A stretch of DNA of 63,141 nt, counting the filler, from Reticulomyxa filosa (taxonomy: Eukaryota > Protista > Foraminifera), in the NCBI GenBank assembly GCA_000512085.1. It is 20 parts of 20 records of this genome, joined end to end, with 100 filler letters (N's around TTAATTAATTAA, not from the genome) between each part and the next. Parts side by side here need not be neighbours in the genome. Positions count along the whole stretch, not along the records: positions 29,878 to 40,618 come from ASPP01020176.1; positions 40,719 to 42,147 come from ASPP01007351.1; positions 42,248 to 48,543 come from ASPP01005886.1; positions 48,644 to 50,103 come from ASPP01019308.1; positions 50,204 to 53,921 come from ASPP01029307.1; 15 more parts are not named here. One strand, given 5' to 3'. Positions 35,444 to 51,267 of this stretch are shown piece after piece; within the stretch, counting starts at the first letter, position 1, and every line of letters starts with the position of its first letter. A program made the position numbers and the translations under genes. A model generated the notes under the pieces. The model ran no database searches. It was given only the letters and a program-made list of their open reading frames with translations, and was not told the DNA's origin.

Positions 35444-36554
35444 TCTGCAACTAATGGATCTATGATTGATAATGACGATAATCAAAAAGAAAAGCCCCCT
35501 TTTTTTTTTATCACAGTCAAAAATTGTTATTGCTCTCCTTTTGTTTTTGTCCTAGATTTGTCAACTTGATTTGATCACTTCTTTTCAATTTTTCAGTTTT
35601 GGACACTTTTTTACATTTTTGCATTTTCATATTCCGAGTTCTTCAAACTTCACCAACAAAAGAAGTGAAAAAACAACGCTTTCATATTTTGCAATTCAAT
35701 CATAAAATCATAGTATCTAATGTTTAGACCTATGCCATTAAGAAAAAGTATTCCAAATGGTAAAAAGAATATGTGGGGACTGGAATCTATGCAACGATGG
35801 AGTTGCACGTTCATTTGAAGGATGGTATAAGTATACCATTGAGTATTTTTAGTGCACTGTTATCTTGGTGTGCTCACACTTATTTCTAACATTTCCGCTA
35901 TCTCTCTTTGTCAACTTGGACTTTTTGTAGTCTTGGAATTGATAAACTCTGTAGTTGTCCATGAGTTACGCAAAATAACAACAAATAAAAATGTAAATAT
36001 TGCATTCGTTATCATAGCAATATATTTAAACACAAAAATTATGTTATTGAATATGCAACTAATTGTATATAGCAAGATTGGTTTTAATTAAGATATCTTT
36101 TTATTATTTTTTATTTTTTAGATACAAAAATTAGTGCTAGCAACTTTCGTATTACATTTAGTGTTGCCTCTGCATACTTCATATTTTTTAAAAATGTGAC
36201 AATTAAAAAAAATATCATTGTAATAATGCATATAAGTATTAACTTAGTGCCGAAATCACATAAACTTGAGCTTATTCGTTTAATTTTTCTGCTATGCGTT
36301 TATATGTATTTTATGGTGAGTTTCAGACATAAATGTATTAGCTCATTTACTGAAGTTTGAAATTTTTCAATTTTAAATCTTGTGTATGATACAAGAACAA
36401 AAACGTTTTATCAATAAATAGTTTTTTTGTGTTAAACAAAACTAAAAAAGCATTATTTTCAAAGTGTGAACTAATCAAATATCTGAAGATTGTAACAGCG
36501 TTGCAGTCCTTTTAAAAATTTAACAAAAAAACAAGTTCTTTCACATTTACCCCA

Positions 36555-37607
36555 ATGGCAAGTCAAAACACATCACAAAAATATATTTATAAACTTACCT
36601 TTCTTTTGTTGATCTTTTGTTTTTGTGTTTTTTTGCTGTCATATTTGCGTTTTTGGTTTTGGGGATTGGGCAGTGGCTCTTCAGCACTAGAACCAGAAAA
36701 TATTATACGTGTCAATTTAGAAAATAACGAACTAAATTTTGAATTATTGGTAGAGGAGAATGATGGTAGGTTTCCTCGAAACATAATTCAGACCAGCAAA
36801 CAACTATCTTTCAACTTAGACTCTTGGCTTACAAAAAATCAAGGGTGGAAATATATGTATTTTAATGATGAAAACATGATTAACTTGGTAAAGAATTATC
36901 TTAAGTATCACCACCAAAAAAATAATTTAAGTGGTGATGCCAAAAAATGGACGAACACGCTGCTCAACAAACTGGTAATGGTGGAAAAAGCAGATCTGTT
37001 TCGATACATTGCAATATACATACATGGAGGGGTATACGTTGACAGCGACGTGATATGCAAGGTCCCGATTGAGCACTGGTTATTGAGATATAGCGACACT
37101 TTGGGTAACATTTCATTAGAAGATGTGGACATGATTGTTGGAATAGAGTTTTTGAAACGTCATGGCCCTAATCCTTTTCAATTAGTGCAATGGACATTTG
37201 CTGCAAGGAGACATAGCCCAATTCTTAAAGCTGTTATTGATATATGTATTAGATATATTATGAGAGGGAGATATATATCGGATGTACTTCAACGTACTGG
37301 ACCTGGAATGTTTACCCATGCCGTGTTGACATATATCATTGCAAAATCGACATCACATAAATATGGTAGGAGTACTTCCGATTATTTGCCCTATCCATTT
37401 CACGTAATTCATCCCATGGAACAATTAGATCGAACTGGTCAGATATTGATATTACGGGACAGAAATACAACTTCGAGACTTTGCATTTTACCTTATCGTG
37501 CCTTTGGCATTTTCGACGAACATCAATCTGTCAATAAGTTACCCGCTTCCCAACAACTTGTTCAACATCTCTTTGATGCGTCATGGATGAACCGGTCTTT
37601 TCACTAG
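36555..37607 (+). CDS. GT32 (Gly_transf_sug) glycosyltransferase, Och1-like, type II membrane, intronless
   Basis: N-terminal TM; FPRNIIQT; ADLFRY....HGGVYVDSD (DxD); QLVQWTFAA..HSPIL; TGPGMFT; VQHLFDASW. Confidence 0.9.
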   Translation: MASQNTSQKYIYKLTFLLLIFCFCVFLLSYLRFWFWGLGSGSSALEPENIIRVNLENNELNFELLVEENDGRFPRNIIQTSKQLSFNLDSWLTKNQGWKYMYFNDENMINLVKNYLKYHHQKNNLSGDAKKWTNTLLNKLVMVEKADLFRYIAIYIHGGVYVDSDVICKVPIEHWLLRYSDTLGNISLEDVDMIVGIEFLKRHGPNPFQLVQWTFAARRHSPILKAVIDICIRYIMRGRYISDVLQRTGPGMFTHAVLTYIIAKSTSHKYGRSTSDYLPYPFHVIHPMEQLDRTGQILILRDRNTTSRLCILPYRAFGIFDEHQSVNKLPASQQLVQHLFDASWMNRSFH

Positions 37608-38078
37608 GCTTTCCCTTCTTCTTCCTCGTTCTCTTCCCTCTCTAGTTGTTGGTTTTTTTTTTCTCCAAGATACCCAAGGTTGTAGGGTTTTGACTATCCA
37701 AACTTATGAAAGTAAAAAAGAGTCATAAATATCTGTACGCTTTGAGGTAACTAAAAAAAAATTATTTTGAGGTGATTGATATTTTAAGTATTGCTATTTG
37801 TTTTTGTTCAATTTTAACGAAAGTTTTAATGTGATGTAGTTATTCAGTATTTTCAAAACTATACAAAGAAACGAACAAAAAAAAAAAAGTCGATCGCAAT
37901 TCAAACAAACAATAAAAAGTCTGATAACAAAGAAAAAACATTTTTGTGAACACAAAAAAATGAGAGAGGAGGTGAAACACAAAAGTAATCATACAACTCT
38001 CTACGAGACAAAAAAAACAACACACAAATACACCAAAAAAAAAAAGTTTCAAACAAATTGACTACAAATTTAATACAT

Positions 38079-40618
<2,540 letters not shown>

Positions 40619-40718
40619 NNNNNNNNNNNNNNNNNNNNNNNNNNNNNNNNNNNNNNNNNNNNTTAATTAATTAANNNNNNNNNNNNNNNNNNNNNNNNNN
40701 NNNNNNNNNNNNNNNNNN

Positions 40719-41712
40719 TTCCGGGCATCCGAAGGGTCGTGATCCTCGGGCGGCAGCAGGGTGATGGCGCCGGTCGTCTCGGTGAGGCCGTAGACCTGCT
40801 GGAAGCCGCAACCGAAAGTCGCCATCGCCTGCTTCAACAGGTCCGCCGGGATCGGCGCGGCGCCATAGACGATCAGGCGCAGGCTGGAGAGGTCGGTCTC
40901 GCGGATCTGCGGCGTCTGCAGCAGGAACAGGATCATGGCCGGCACCAGCAGCATCACCTCGATGCGGTTCTGCTCGATGATCTCGAGCACGCGGCTGGGC
41001 ACGAACTCACGCACCACGTGATTGGTGGCGCCGGCAAAGGGCCCGCGATGGCCCAGCCCGCGCCGCCGATATGGAACATCGGCAGGCAGACGATGTTCTG
41101 CGTTCCGGGCTTCAGGAGCCAGCTGCGCGTCCATTGCTCGAACATGAAGGCGAAATTGGCATTGGTCAGCTCTGCCCCCTTCGGCAGGCCGGTGGTGCCA
41201 CTGGTGTAGAACTGCACGGCGGTGTCCTGTGACCGGGCGGGCAGGCGAGGATCGGTGTCGGGATGCCGGTCGCGCCAGTCGGCGAAGGCCTCCCAGTCGC
41301 CGTGGCGCGGTCCCAATGTCACGATCCTGCGCACGGTCACGAACTGGTCGCGTATCTTTTCGACGACCGGGAAATACTCCTCGCCGACGAACAGGATCTC
41401 GGCCTCGGCATCATTCACGATCTGCAGGACCTCGGGCGGCGCCAGGCGCCAGTTCACCGACACCACCACGGCGCCGGCTTTGGCTGTGCCGAACAGCAGC
41501 TCGAAATAGACGTCGCTGCTCTTGTCGAGATGGGCGACACGGACCTGCGGCCTGACGCCTTCGGCAATCAGGCCGCTGGCGACCCGGTTCGAGGCGCGAT
41601 CGAGGCCGCCATAGGTCGTGGCGCGGCCGTCATGGACGATCGCCACCGTGTCCGGACGCGCTTGGCCATGGGCGCGCACGATATCGGCCAAGCCGACCAT
41701 CTCGATTCTCAT
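40719..41712 (-). CDS. fadD: Bacterial long-chain fatty acid--CoA ligase (AMP-binding), 3'-truncated, frameshift near 41038
   Basis: YTSGTTGLPKG, LPMFHIGG, YGAAPI, QVYGLTET. High GC, intronless, purine-rich RBS-like sequence upstream. Confidence 0.85.
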
Positions 41713-41851
41713 AGGACGCTTCCCCTGCGATACTGGCCCGTCCGTCGTTGCGGCCGGGCGTCATCATCCTTCGGCGAATTTGAAGTGAATTCAAGAGCTT
41801 GATCGCCTAGTGTCGCCGCCGAAGCGAACACGGGCGTTTCCAAGAGGCACC

Positions 41852-42147
41852 ATGGGCAAGCGGATTCTGGTCACCGGCGGGGGGGCTTCCTGGGCTCCCA
41901 TCTCTGCGAGCGCCTGCTCGAGGCCGGACACGACGTGCTCTGCGTCGACAACTACTTCACCGGCAACAAGGCCAACGTGGCGGCCTGCCTCGACAATCCG
42001 CGCTTCGAGCTGATGCGCCACGACGTCACCTTCCCGCTCTATGTCGAGGTCGACGAGATATACAATCTCGCCTGCCCGGCCTCGCCGATCCACTACCAGT
42101 ACGATCCGGTGCAGACGACCAAGACGAGCGTCCACGGCGCCATAAAC
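41852..42147 (+). CDS. Bacterial UDP-glucuronate decarboxylase (NAD-dependent epimerase/SDR), 3'-truncated, frameshift in the G-run at 41879-41885
   Basis: RBS aagagg. Translation [10 protein letters not shown][A][25 protein letters not shown]...[44 protein letters not shown]. Confidence 0.9.
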
Positions 42148-42429
42148 NNNNNNNNNNNNNNNNNNNNNNNNNNNNNNNNNNNNNNNNNNNNTTAATTAAT
42201 TAANNNNNNNNNNNNNNNNNNNNNNNNNNNNNNNNNNNNNNNNNNNNTCCTTCCAAATTTTCTGATGAATTAGAAAAAGCCAGAGCCAGTGACATGGTTT
42301 AGTATTTGCTTTTTTTTTTTTTTTTTTCCCCCTCCCCTCTTCCAATGCAAGTAAGACTCGGTTTTGTTTTGTATGTTTTCTGTTGATGATGGAATGAAAT
42401 GAATTGAAATGGGGGGGTGTGAACAACAC

Positions 42430-43960
42430 ATTAACAAAGTTAGTGTATGAACACAATGGGCGCAAGTTTTCAGTGTTCAAAACGTCGGACACCACCGCAT
42501 TGCAGTATAATCAAGATCAAAAAAAGCGAGACGTTCGGAGAGTGGGCACAACCAAAACGATCACTTCGATTACTTTAGACGACAGAGAAAGCTTAAGGGA
42601 ACGGGGAGGAATGCGACGAGATGAATACCAGAATGATCAAGACCGAGAGAGACAAGAACGGGCACGAGATAAGAGCAGAGACATCGGCTTTGGTATCTTT
42701 GTCATCCCACTCCATCTCCTCTCCCCCCCTCTCCTTTGTCACATTACAAACAGATACACACGAAAGAGGAGTATAGTGCGCATTAAAAAGCCAACTCCAA
42801 TTATTATTATTGCAAAATCATTGGGTTGTTTTGTTTGTTTTTTTTTTTGGGGGGGGCATATAACATTTACAGTGCATACGAACACGGACATCGACAGAGA
42901 TAGAAGCTCAATGCAATATGACAGAAACGTGTCCGATGAAACGGAGCAAAAGTCTTGGAGCCAAACAATAAATTTGACAATTCTTATCGCACTGTCACCA
43001 ATACTACCTTTTCTTCTTCTTCTTCTTCTACCAATAACATTCCGATCTGGGTAAGCAATTCATAATACGTATACACATACTAGATATGCATATACATGTA
43101 TCCCAGAGAACAAAAAAGTGAGCTGCTTTTCATTTGTTGTGTGATGTCAAAAGGAAATAATTGAAGAAAATGGATCTTTTAGGGCCTATGACAGAGACAC
43201 TTCCAAATTCATTGAACAAGCAAGAATTGGGACACCAGTTAACACCATTCTCTCTTACACATACATACATAATATGTATATACAACATGTATGTATATTT
43301 GAATAAGTAATTCCGTTGTTTTTTTAATTTTTTTGGAAAAAAAAAAGGGGGTCCAAGAAAATTTAAAAAAAAAAAAAACCAAACAAAAAACAATCAAGTT
43401 TGGAAATAACAAAACACAAAACAAAAGGTGGAGTTTACTTTCGAATCGCATAGATTCAAGTTGGATAAATTAGATTACAATATCGGATTTGTGATACACA
43501 CAGAAACAAAGAAAAAAAGTGTTATTCAACGACAAGAGTCTCAAAAGGAGGAAACAGACATAATCCAAACAAGCAGTCGATCCAATAACGATTTTGGTTT
43601 GTTTTCATCTCTCTCTCTCTCTCTATGAATAATACATACATATATTTATATATTTATATTGATATGGGAGGGGGGGGCCGGATAACAGATACAAATCAAT
43701 CGTCGCATTGCACTAGTTTATCCCTTAATTACGTGTGGGGTATGTTTTTTTTCTTTACTTTGTTATGTATGTTCATACATCAAGCACGTTATCTTGATGC
43801 GCATAGAATGGGACCTAGGCAGTGGCGACTATGAACCTTATAACGAACAAATTTCCTCATGGCTGGAATTCGCAAGCCCCTCTCAAAAAGTTTGTACTGG
43901 AGGAAATTGTTCCCCTCCTTCTCTCCACTCTTCTTCTCTTTGTGCATGAAATAACTTTCG
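42430..43960 (+). CDS. Hypothetical multi-exon protein fragment with an R/D-rich region and one TM segment
   Basis: Coding-like exons (RESLRERGGMRRDEYQNDQDRERQ; LTILIALSPILPFLLLLLLPI) between AT-rich and microsatellite introns. Confidence 0.35.
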
Positions 43961-45205
43961 GCGGATAGGATCACTTTTCAATTGTTTGATTACAAAAAAA
44001 AAAACAACGTAGAAGGAACTCAAAATAAATACGACCTTATACGAAATAGAGAAGAGCTCATCTAATAGTGCTTGGCAGACCAACTTGAACACAGGAAATA
44101 AAAGAAAAATTAGACGAAAAATTTTACGAACGTAAAATCATTTTTGTCAATCACATGAAGACAGTATTTGGATTTTCAAAAACAATTTTATTTTTTCATT
44201 TTTGGCCTTGTAGATTGGACCGCAGATGCTATAAAGGTTCTTTATTTTGCGGTGTGCACAGCTTAGTGTTTTTGAACAAACACGAAAAAGTTAATATCAA
44301 TGTGCAAAGATCTCATCTTTTTGAAATGTTAGCTTTCTATAGTAAATCAGTCGAATATCTTTTTTTCAAGTTAATACATTAACAACTGTACTTCCCAAAC
44401 AAAAGTGAATAAAACTACTTCAGAAACTCGTACAACAAATTCCGGTACAAACCGATCATAAAAAAGATCCCTAAATTAATTTTTTAAAAAATATTAATAT
44501 TATTATATATTCTATGAATCTAAAAATTCATTGTTTTTTAATAAGAGCGTAGAAAATATAAAAACATTTGTTTTTTTAAATTTTAAAAAATGAAAAAATA
44601 TCAATTTTCATTGTTTTCTACACTTTTATTGAATATCAAAACATATTCTTAGATTCACCAGATATCATTTAAAAAAACTTTAAATGTATCATATTTAATA
44701 AATAAATTGCAATATTTGTGGAAATTCATTTTGAAGATTTTGTGATCAATTATACTTCTGTTCTGATTATTTTGACCTATAAAATGTAAGTCGGAGCAAC
44801 TTGTTGCCAAATGAAAGAATGTTAGCATTTATCAAAGTAGTTCATCACTGTGAGCCGGATGTAGATAAAAACCTTGAATCGATAAATACAATTGCAAACT
44901 TTAAAATTTTGTGCTTTTTTTAAAAAAAGATGATAAATTGTTGCCAAAAAGTCAATTTTATGCGTTATTATTATTATTATCTCTTCGCAATTGACAAAAG
45001 AAACAGACAAACGATTGGTGATCCGTTTAATTTGTGGCCAGATTTCATAGTTTTGACAGCAATGCAGTATAGTAAATAAGTAGGTGTGGACTGAGGGGAG
45101 AGAGAGAGAAAAAAAAAGAAAGGTTGTCGAGACCATAAGTTAGTATAAAAATGTGGACTGTGTATTGTATTATCAAGTTTAAAAGTGTGTGTAAAATGAA
45201 AAAAA

Positions 45206-46835
45206 TTACTCCAAGCCAAAGGCTCTGGATTTGAGAAACGTTTCGAGAAGTTGTTGCATAAGAAAAGGGGTAAGTTCAGTGTTGCTGGAGCTTCCGTACA
45301 TGGTGGCTTGAACGTGAATCATATATTTGGCAATCTGCCGTCCACTCAAGCCTTTGGTCATATCAGTGAGACGATCCCAAATGATAGGATCTTCCTCAAA
45401 GCCTTTGACGACAATAGGAGCGCCACCAAAGAAGCCAGTTTTGGAGGAATTGGCTTGAGAAATGAATTGATTGAAGTAGTGCTGTAGCATTTCCTTGCGT
45501 TCATCGTCTCCGGGGAGAGGGAACTCAACCAAGTCGTCGATGCGGTCAAGCACGGCCTTGTCCAAGGCGCCAGGAACGTTTGTGGCGAGCACGATCATGA
45601 AATGAGTGGTTTCAGTGCCAGTGCGATATAAGAAAGCGCTGAGCGCATTGCGCATGTGTTCAGACATGACATCACCTTCGCGCCCTTTGCGAAGAAAAGC
45701 ATCAGCCTCATCAATGAAGAGGATAGTACCTTTACGAGCAGCCTCGGCCCAGTCAAACACCTTGTGCAATTCAGTGACAGCATTGGGTCCAAGTTGCGCA
45801 AAATCGCCACCGCTGATAATGGCATAATCAAGTCCACTGTCGCGACTGAGAGTGCGAGCAAAGAGCGTTTTGCCCGTGCCAGGAGGGCCATAAATGCATA
45901 GATGACGGAAGGGTCCTTTACGTTGTTTGGTGTTTCTAGTGGCACGTGCAATGAACTGCATTTTATTTTTCACATGCGGAGCCAAGATGATGCCTTTTAA
46001 TTCTTCCAACTCTTTGCTTTTTTGTAAAGGTTGTTGATGCCACCATCGCGTCCAGTACCAGCGCCACTTGCCCAATCGTAAATAGTCTGCCGGACTCCAT
46101 CGCGACGTTTCACGCACCAAGTTGGGTTTGCCTAATCGACTCTCAATATATTGGCCAGCAATGTTGACCCCTTTGCGAGCAGTGTATACACCCAAGGCAA
46201 TGCCCACAATCCCAAAGCCCAATACTTTCATTTTGTGTTGATCCGTCAATGTGTCCATACTTCCTTTTGCCATATCTCGCCACGCTGCAAACTTCTCCTT
46301 CGCCACCTCCAACTGCGTCTTACGTTCCTCTTGCAATCGCTCACGCTGCGATCGCAAATGGATCTCCTCGTTCTTCCTCTCCAACTCAATCTGTGCTTCC
46401 ATTTTTGCCTTTGCTTTTGTCTTGGCCAACTCTTGATCCAACCTATGCTTGTGCTCCAATGTCTTCAACTTCATCTTCTCCATCTCTTCATTGCTTTGCT
46501 GTTGTCGACGAATGTTCTCCTCATTCACCTGACGCTGCTTCTGCAAAAACTCCTCCTGCGCTTTCTTCTTCTCTGACACAGCTGCTGCTCCAACTGCTGC
46601 TTTTGACGCGCTTCTGCGCCCATGCGCTCCTTCCATTGCTCCTGATTCAACTCGTTCTCTCGCATCTTGTTGTCGTGCTCCATTCGCGCTATGCGCTCGC
46701 GGTGCAATAGGTTCTGCTGGATCAATTCTTGCTCTCGCTTCTGCGCCTCCGTTTGCTTCGTCTTCTCTTGGATCATCGCTAGTTTCAATGCGTCTTTCGC
46801 ATTCATTGATTTGTCTATCTCTCGCAATGCCTATT

Positions 46836-46867
<32 letters not shown>

Positions 46868-47198
46868 TTGGTTTTTTTTTTTTTTCTCTCACTCTCTTTT
46901 TGTCCTCATCCCTCCCCCTTTTTTTTTTTTTTTATTTGTTACTTCCCCCCCCCCCTCCTCCTTTATAAACACATGACCCAGAAATTTCCAGATTTTTCTT
47001 TTTAAATAATCTTTTCAACATTTTATGCAAAAAATAAAATAATAATAATCAACTCACCTGAGCACCTCGTTCAAGCGCAGTTGGGTCGAAATCGGCCACA
47101 ACTTTGCCTTTCACATCTTCTCCTATCTCGTCACCATCTTCTCTATCTTCGTCTTCTGAATTGTTGCTTCCGCCGCCACTGCCCCAAAGAAAAGACAT
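45206..47198 (-). CDS. ATAD3: ATAD3 mitochondrial AAA ATPase; intron 47057-46831, apparent frameshift near 46578
   Basis: FDPTALERGA|ALREID; YIESRLGKPNLVRETSR; YGPPGTGKTLFA; SGLDYAIISGGD; ELHKVFDWA; LFIDEADAFLR. Confidence 0.93.
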
Positions 47199-47330
47199 TA
47201 CTATTAACTACTTTGTTAGTACTATTGAAAAATTTTGCTGTGACGTCCTCGTCTTATTGGAAAATCAATCGTGCTCGACGTCTAGAAAAAGTTTGTGTTT
47301 GTAGTAGGTTTTCTCAAAAAATAAAAGTTG

Positions 47331-48480
47331 ATGTTTCCCTTGCGCGGTGACACGCTTGTAACGTTTTTTGCTTTAGTTTTTTTATTTTTTGAAACCAATC
47401 TTTTCGACTGTATTTTAAATCTTACAAAACTTGCTCACCTATAATATGGAGCAGTAACAAGCTTAACCAAAATTTTTTTTTTTTTTTTTTTGAATTTGAT
47501 ATGTTGGCTTGATGATTTTGCGTGTGTATATCTTGTACAATGCTAACGTCAGGAGAAAGCAGGGATTTATATTGGGGTTATGGAGTAATAACCTTGTTTG
47601 GCTTGCTGGTGGTTTCACTAACCTCGATTTCGTACCTGTCAGAATTCAAGCTGTTTACGCATGCGCTGTGGTTTCAAAAGAGGCACGGACAAACGACAAC
47701 GCTATCGATAATAGCAGTGAATGTGTTTCTCGCAGGGAACTTTATACGCGTGACATATTGGACATTGATAAAGTTGGAAATCTGCAAAGCGGAGAGTTTG
47801 ATAGTGATCGTGATGATGGAGGTGGAATCGGTGTTATACTTTTCTTCTTCGACCGTGTTTGCGTTGACATATATTTATCGGTCATGGCTGTGCTATTTCG
47901 CAATCAATTATATTGAAGTAATGTTCCGAAACACATGGAAATCGATTATCGATCCGGTCACATACAAAAGCCAAGACAATTTTTTCAGTCGTGAAAATTC
48001 AACCTATGGCATGTACATGTCTGTCCTTGTCCTTTTCTTGTCTGGCTTTTGTTTTGTTTTTTTTTTTTTTTTTTAAGCAATCGAAAACAGTAATATCTTA
48101 TTCACGTATATACGTATATGTAATGTATACCTTTGGCATACCTTGATCATACATATACTTAATGAAAGGAGGGGTGTGTGTGGTGGGGGGGGGGGAAAAA
48201 AAAAAGGGAATCATAAATGGATCGGAAAACGATTGATCCTCATTGGGGTCTTTTTTAGCATTTTGCGATACTTGCTTTGGGAAATTAGGTGTATATAATA
48301 AAATGTATGTATACATATATATTCATATATACATATATATGTGTATATTATGTTAAATGTGAACCTAAGCTTTTGGATGGATGATATCCGACTGTTCAAT
48401 GGATACATTGCAGCAGAGTCGTTGTTCCTTTGGATTTGTTTCGTTTGTGTTTTTGTGTCTTATGTTACAATTTGATTGAT
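47331..48480 (+). CDS. Multi-pass membrane protein (GPCR/THH1-TOM1-like), 5' part
   Basis: Possible first exon MFPLRG (47331-47346), then hydrophobic helices in ORF 47522-48076 (NVFLAGNFIRVTYW; SVLYFSSSTVF). The start is uncertain. Confidence 0.45.
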
Positions 48481-48503
48481 TTAAAAAAATGCAATACAAA
48501 TAC

Positions 48504-48543
<40 letters not shown>

Positions 48544-48989
48544 NNNNNNNNNNNNNNNNNNNNNNNNNNNNNNNNNNNNNNNNNNNNTTAATTAATTAAN
48601 NNNNNNNNNNNNNNNNNNNNNNNNNNNNNNNNNNNNNNNNNNNAAATTTTTTAAGAGCCAGTCAAAAAAAATTCGAACAAGACAACACTTTCGAAGATGT
48701 TCTGGCTCTGATTCGCTTGAAATTTAAAGAAGTGCGTTGCGCGATTTATGAAAATCAAAATATTTTCGTAAGCAAACATTTTTCACAGAAACTGAGTAAA
48801 AAATAAAGACAATAATAGTTGCAAGTAGAACTGGCTCTTGAGTGAATTGCAGGATTGAAATGTGCACATGAATTAAATAGAGGATGTAAGATACCTCTTC
48901 CAAAGAACAAGTGATTATGTTTACTTGAGAGGGGAGGAAAAAAAAGGATTGCATTGTTGCAAAATAATTGACGAACGAAAGTAAAGAAA

Positions 48990-50030
48990 AAGTTGCTGTG
49001 AACTCATTGATTGGACGAATTGGCCAAAAAAAATTGAAGCAAAGATTGATACATAGGCTTAAAGGCATTTTCTAAGTCTTTGCGATAAATGTCATCTTTA
49101 GTGGAAGGAGTGGTATCGACAACCCTCCTTTCCAAAGCAAAAATGTGTCTTACTTTATCATAATCAAAAGGGGTTTCCCATTCAATTCCAAAGGAGTTTC
49201 CAAAAGTTCTTTGGTTTCATTGTTTATATTCAACACAGATCGCATCACATTTCGTGGCGTTTTCATTCCAATTTCCAACAACACAACTCCAGCAACTAGC
49301 AATTTCAAATGATCACTACTCAATCCACTGAAATCCATATGCTGTATTTAATGAGAGCAATGTATAAAAGAAGGTATTTGAGAAGGTTTAAAAGAGGATT
49401 AAAAAAAAATATAGACACATGTTATACATGTATATATGTACATGCATGTGTAAATGGACCTGTCGTTCATGCATAACCAGACAATAATGAATAAATTGAT
49501 AAAAGTAATTTAAAACATCTTTGAAACACCTACTTTCGTCAACAATTAATTCATTTCCAAACTCCAAAGTGGTTAGTCCTTCGCAAATGCAATAAAAACG
49601 ACACAAGAGCAAATCCATATCACGATTGTCGACTTTTGGAACACTTGTGGTTAAAAAGTACTTGTTGTCATTGGCCAAATGGTCTTTGATGCTTTGAAGA
49701 AATTGTTGATAATTGCTATTCATACCCAAGACATTGCTTCGCACATACGAAGACAAGACTGGCTGTCTTGCGGCCACGGATGCTCCTGACCCCGTCCCAG
49801 TTTGATCTTCTGTCTTGTCATCGTTTGTGTTTATGTTGCGTTCTTCGTTCCCGTCCGTCCCTCCACTGCTCATTGAATTCTTTGTTATGTATTCATAGCG
49901 TGTGTAATGAGCCACTATGTCCTTATAGCTGCAATGCTTCCACCTTTGCTGTAACTGTTGATGTGTTGGTTCTGGAGTTTGCGTTACCACTCCTAATATG
50001 TGATCCAATTTTCTATTTTTTATTTTTTAT
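48990..50030 (-). CDS. Hypothetical protein, 3' exons
   Basis: Same-strand blocks 49388-50008, 49150-49338 and ~49000-49130 are separated by short AT-rich introns. No family recognised. Confidence 0.45.
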
Positions 50031-50066
50031 TAATTTGTATCTTTTTTTTTTAACAACGCATTTTCG

Positions 50067-50103
<37 letters not shown>

Positions 50104-50203
50104 NNNNNNNNNNNNNNNNNNNNNNNNNNNNNNNNNNNNNNNNNNNNTTAATTAATTAANNNNNNNNNNNNNNNNNNNNNNNNNNNNNNNNNNNNNNNNN
50201 NNN

Positions 50204-50340
50204 ATCATCTTTTGTGATTTCATTTTTCCATTTGCATTCATCCAATAGCCATAATTTAAATTGTTCATTTGACATTATCTATGTTTTATCTTTTTGTTCT
50301 CTTTGATTCCACCATTTCATCCATTTTTTATTTTTTTTAT
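50204..50340 (-). pseudogene. Fragment of a Trp-rich gene with an internal stop
   Basis: KWMKWWNQREQKDKT*IMSNEQFKLWLLDECKWKNEITKDD runs off the contig. Confidence 0.3.
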
Positions 50341-51267
50341 TTTTTGTTTCACGTATAATATAATACAAAACAAATATATTCATAACAATGATGCCATTTT
50401 CGTTTTGTCCTTTTTTATCTATTTTATTTACGTTCTATTTCAAAAAAAACGACATATTTTACATTTATTAATTTGTTAATTCAAAATTATCTTTCATTTT
50501 CTAGTTATAAATCAATGCTCAACATCGTTATCTTTTTTCACTTTGTTTACTATTGTTTCCAATTCATTTTTCTTCTTTTTTTTTTCTGTGTGATGTTGAC
50601 TTGTGATGTCAAAGCTAGAAGAAAACAAAATCTTTGTCTTCCTTGTATATTTTCCATCATCTTGTCGGTCCTCATCTCTTAAAAATTTAATGTATTGACT
50701 GAGTGATTGTTAAATGAACAAAAAAGGAAAGAACATGTCAATAATTGCACAAATTTGATATTATTTGTTTTATCTTTTTTATTACATTACAAATTATTAT
50801 TGTTCAAGAAGAGTATATTTCAATTTAATTTTCCATCAATTTTTGGAGTAGATTTTTGCTAGAAAAAGATAAAAGTGTAGTAGAAAACAAAGTTTCTATA
50901 ATTTCTGAAGCAGAATGAAATTTGTGTTCTCTTGGAAGAAAATATTGGAACTTTGCATAAATAAAAAAAATAATTTTTAAATTATTGTTTGTTGAACTGA
51001 AAAAACCCCACCAAGGATTTTTTTTTGACATGAAAGAAAATTGACAAAATATTCGAGTTGTTTAACTTTTTTTCAAAAGGGAGTAAACTGGTCCTTTTAA
51101 TGTAGAAAATGTTTGACATTAGACATATCTCGGATGAATGTATGACTAACCTCTTTGACGAAGACCATTTTTTTTCAAAAAAAAAAAAACAAATGAAAAA
51201 ACTCAAAAAATGATTGGCAATTTATTATTTGTTATTTGATATAATTTGAAAATAATTCTAATTTCTT

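Noticed and set aside
41879-41885. G-run as a phase-variable switch in the UDP-GlcA decarboxylase gene
   Set aside because: It is more simply a dropped C in GGCGGGGCGGGC. The neighbouring gene has a similar single-base error.
40739-42135. Several overlapping ORFs in the bacterial contig
   Set aside because: These are stop-poor alternative frames typical of high-GC DNA. Only two frames match known families.
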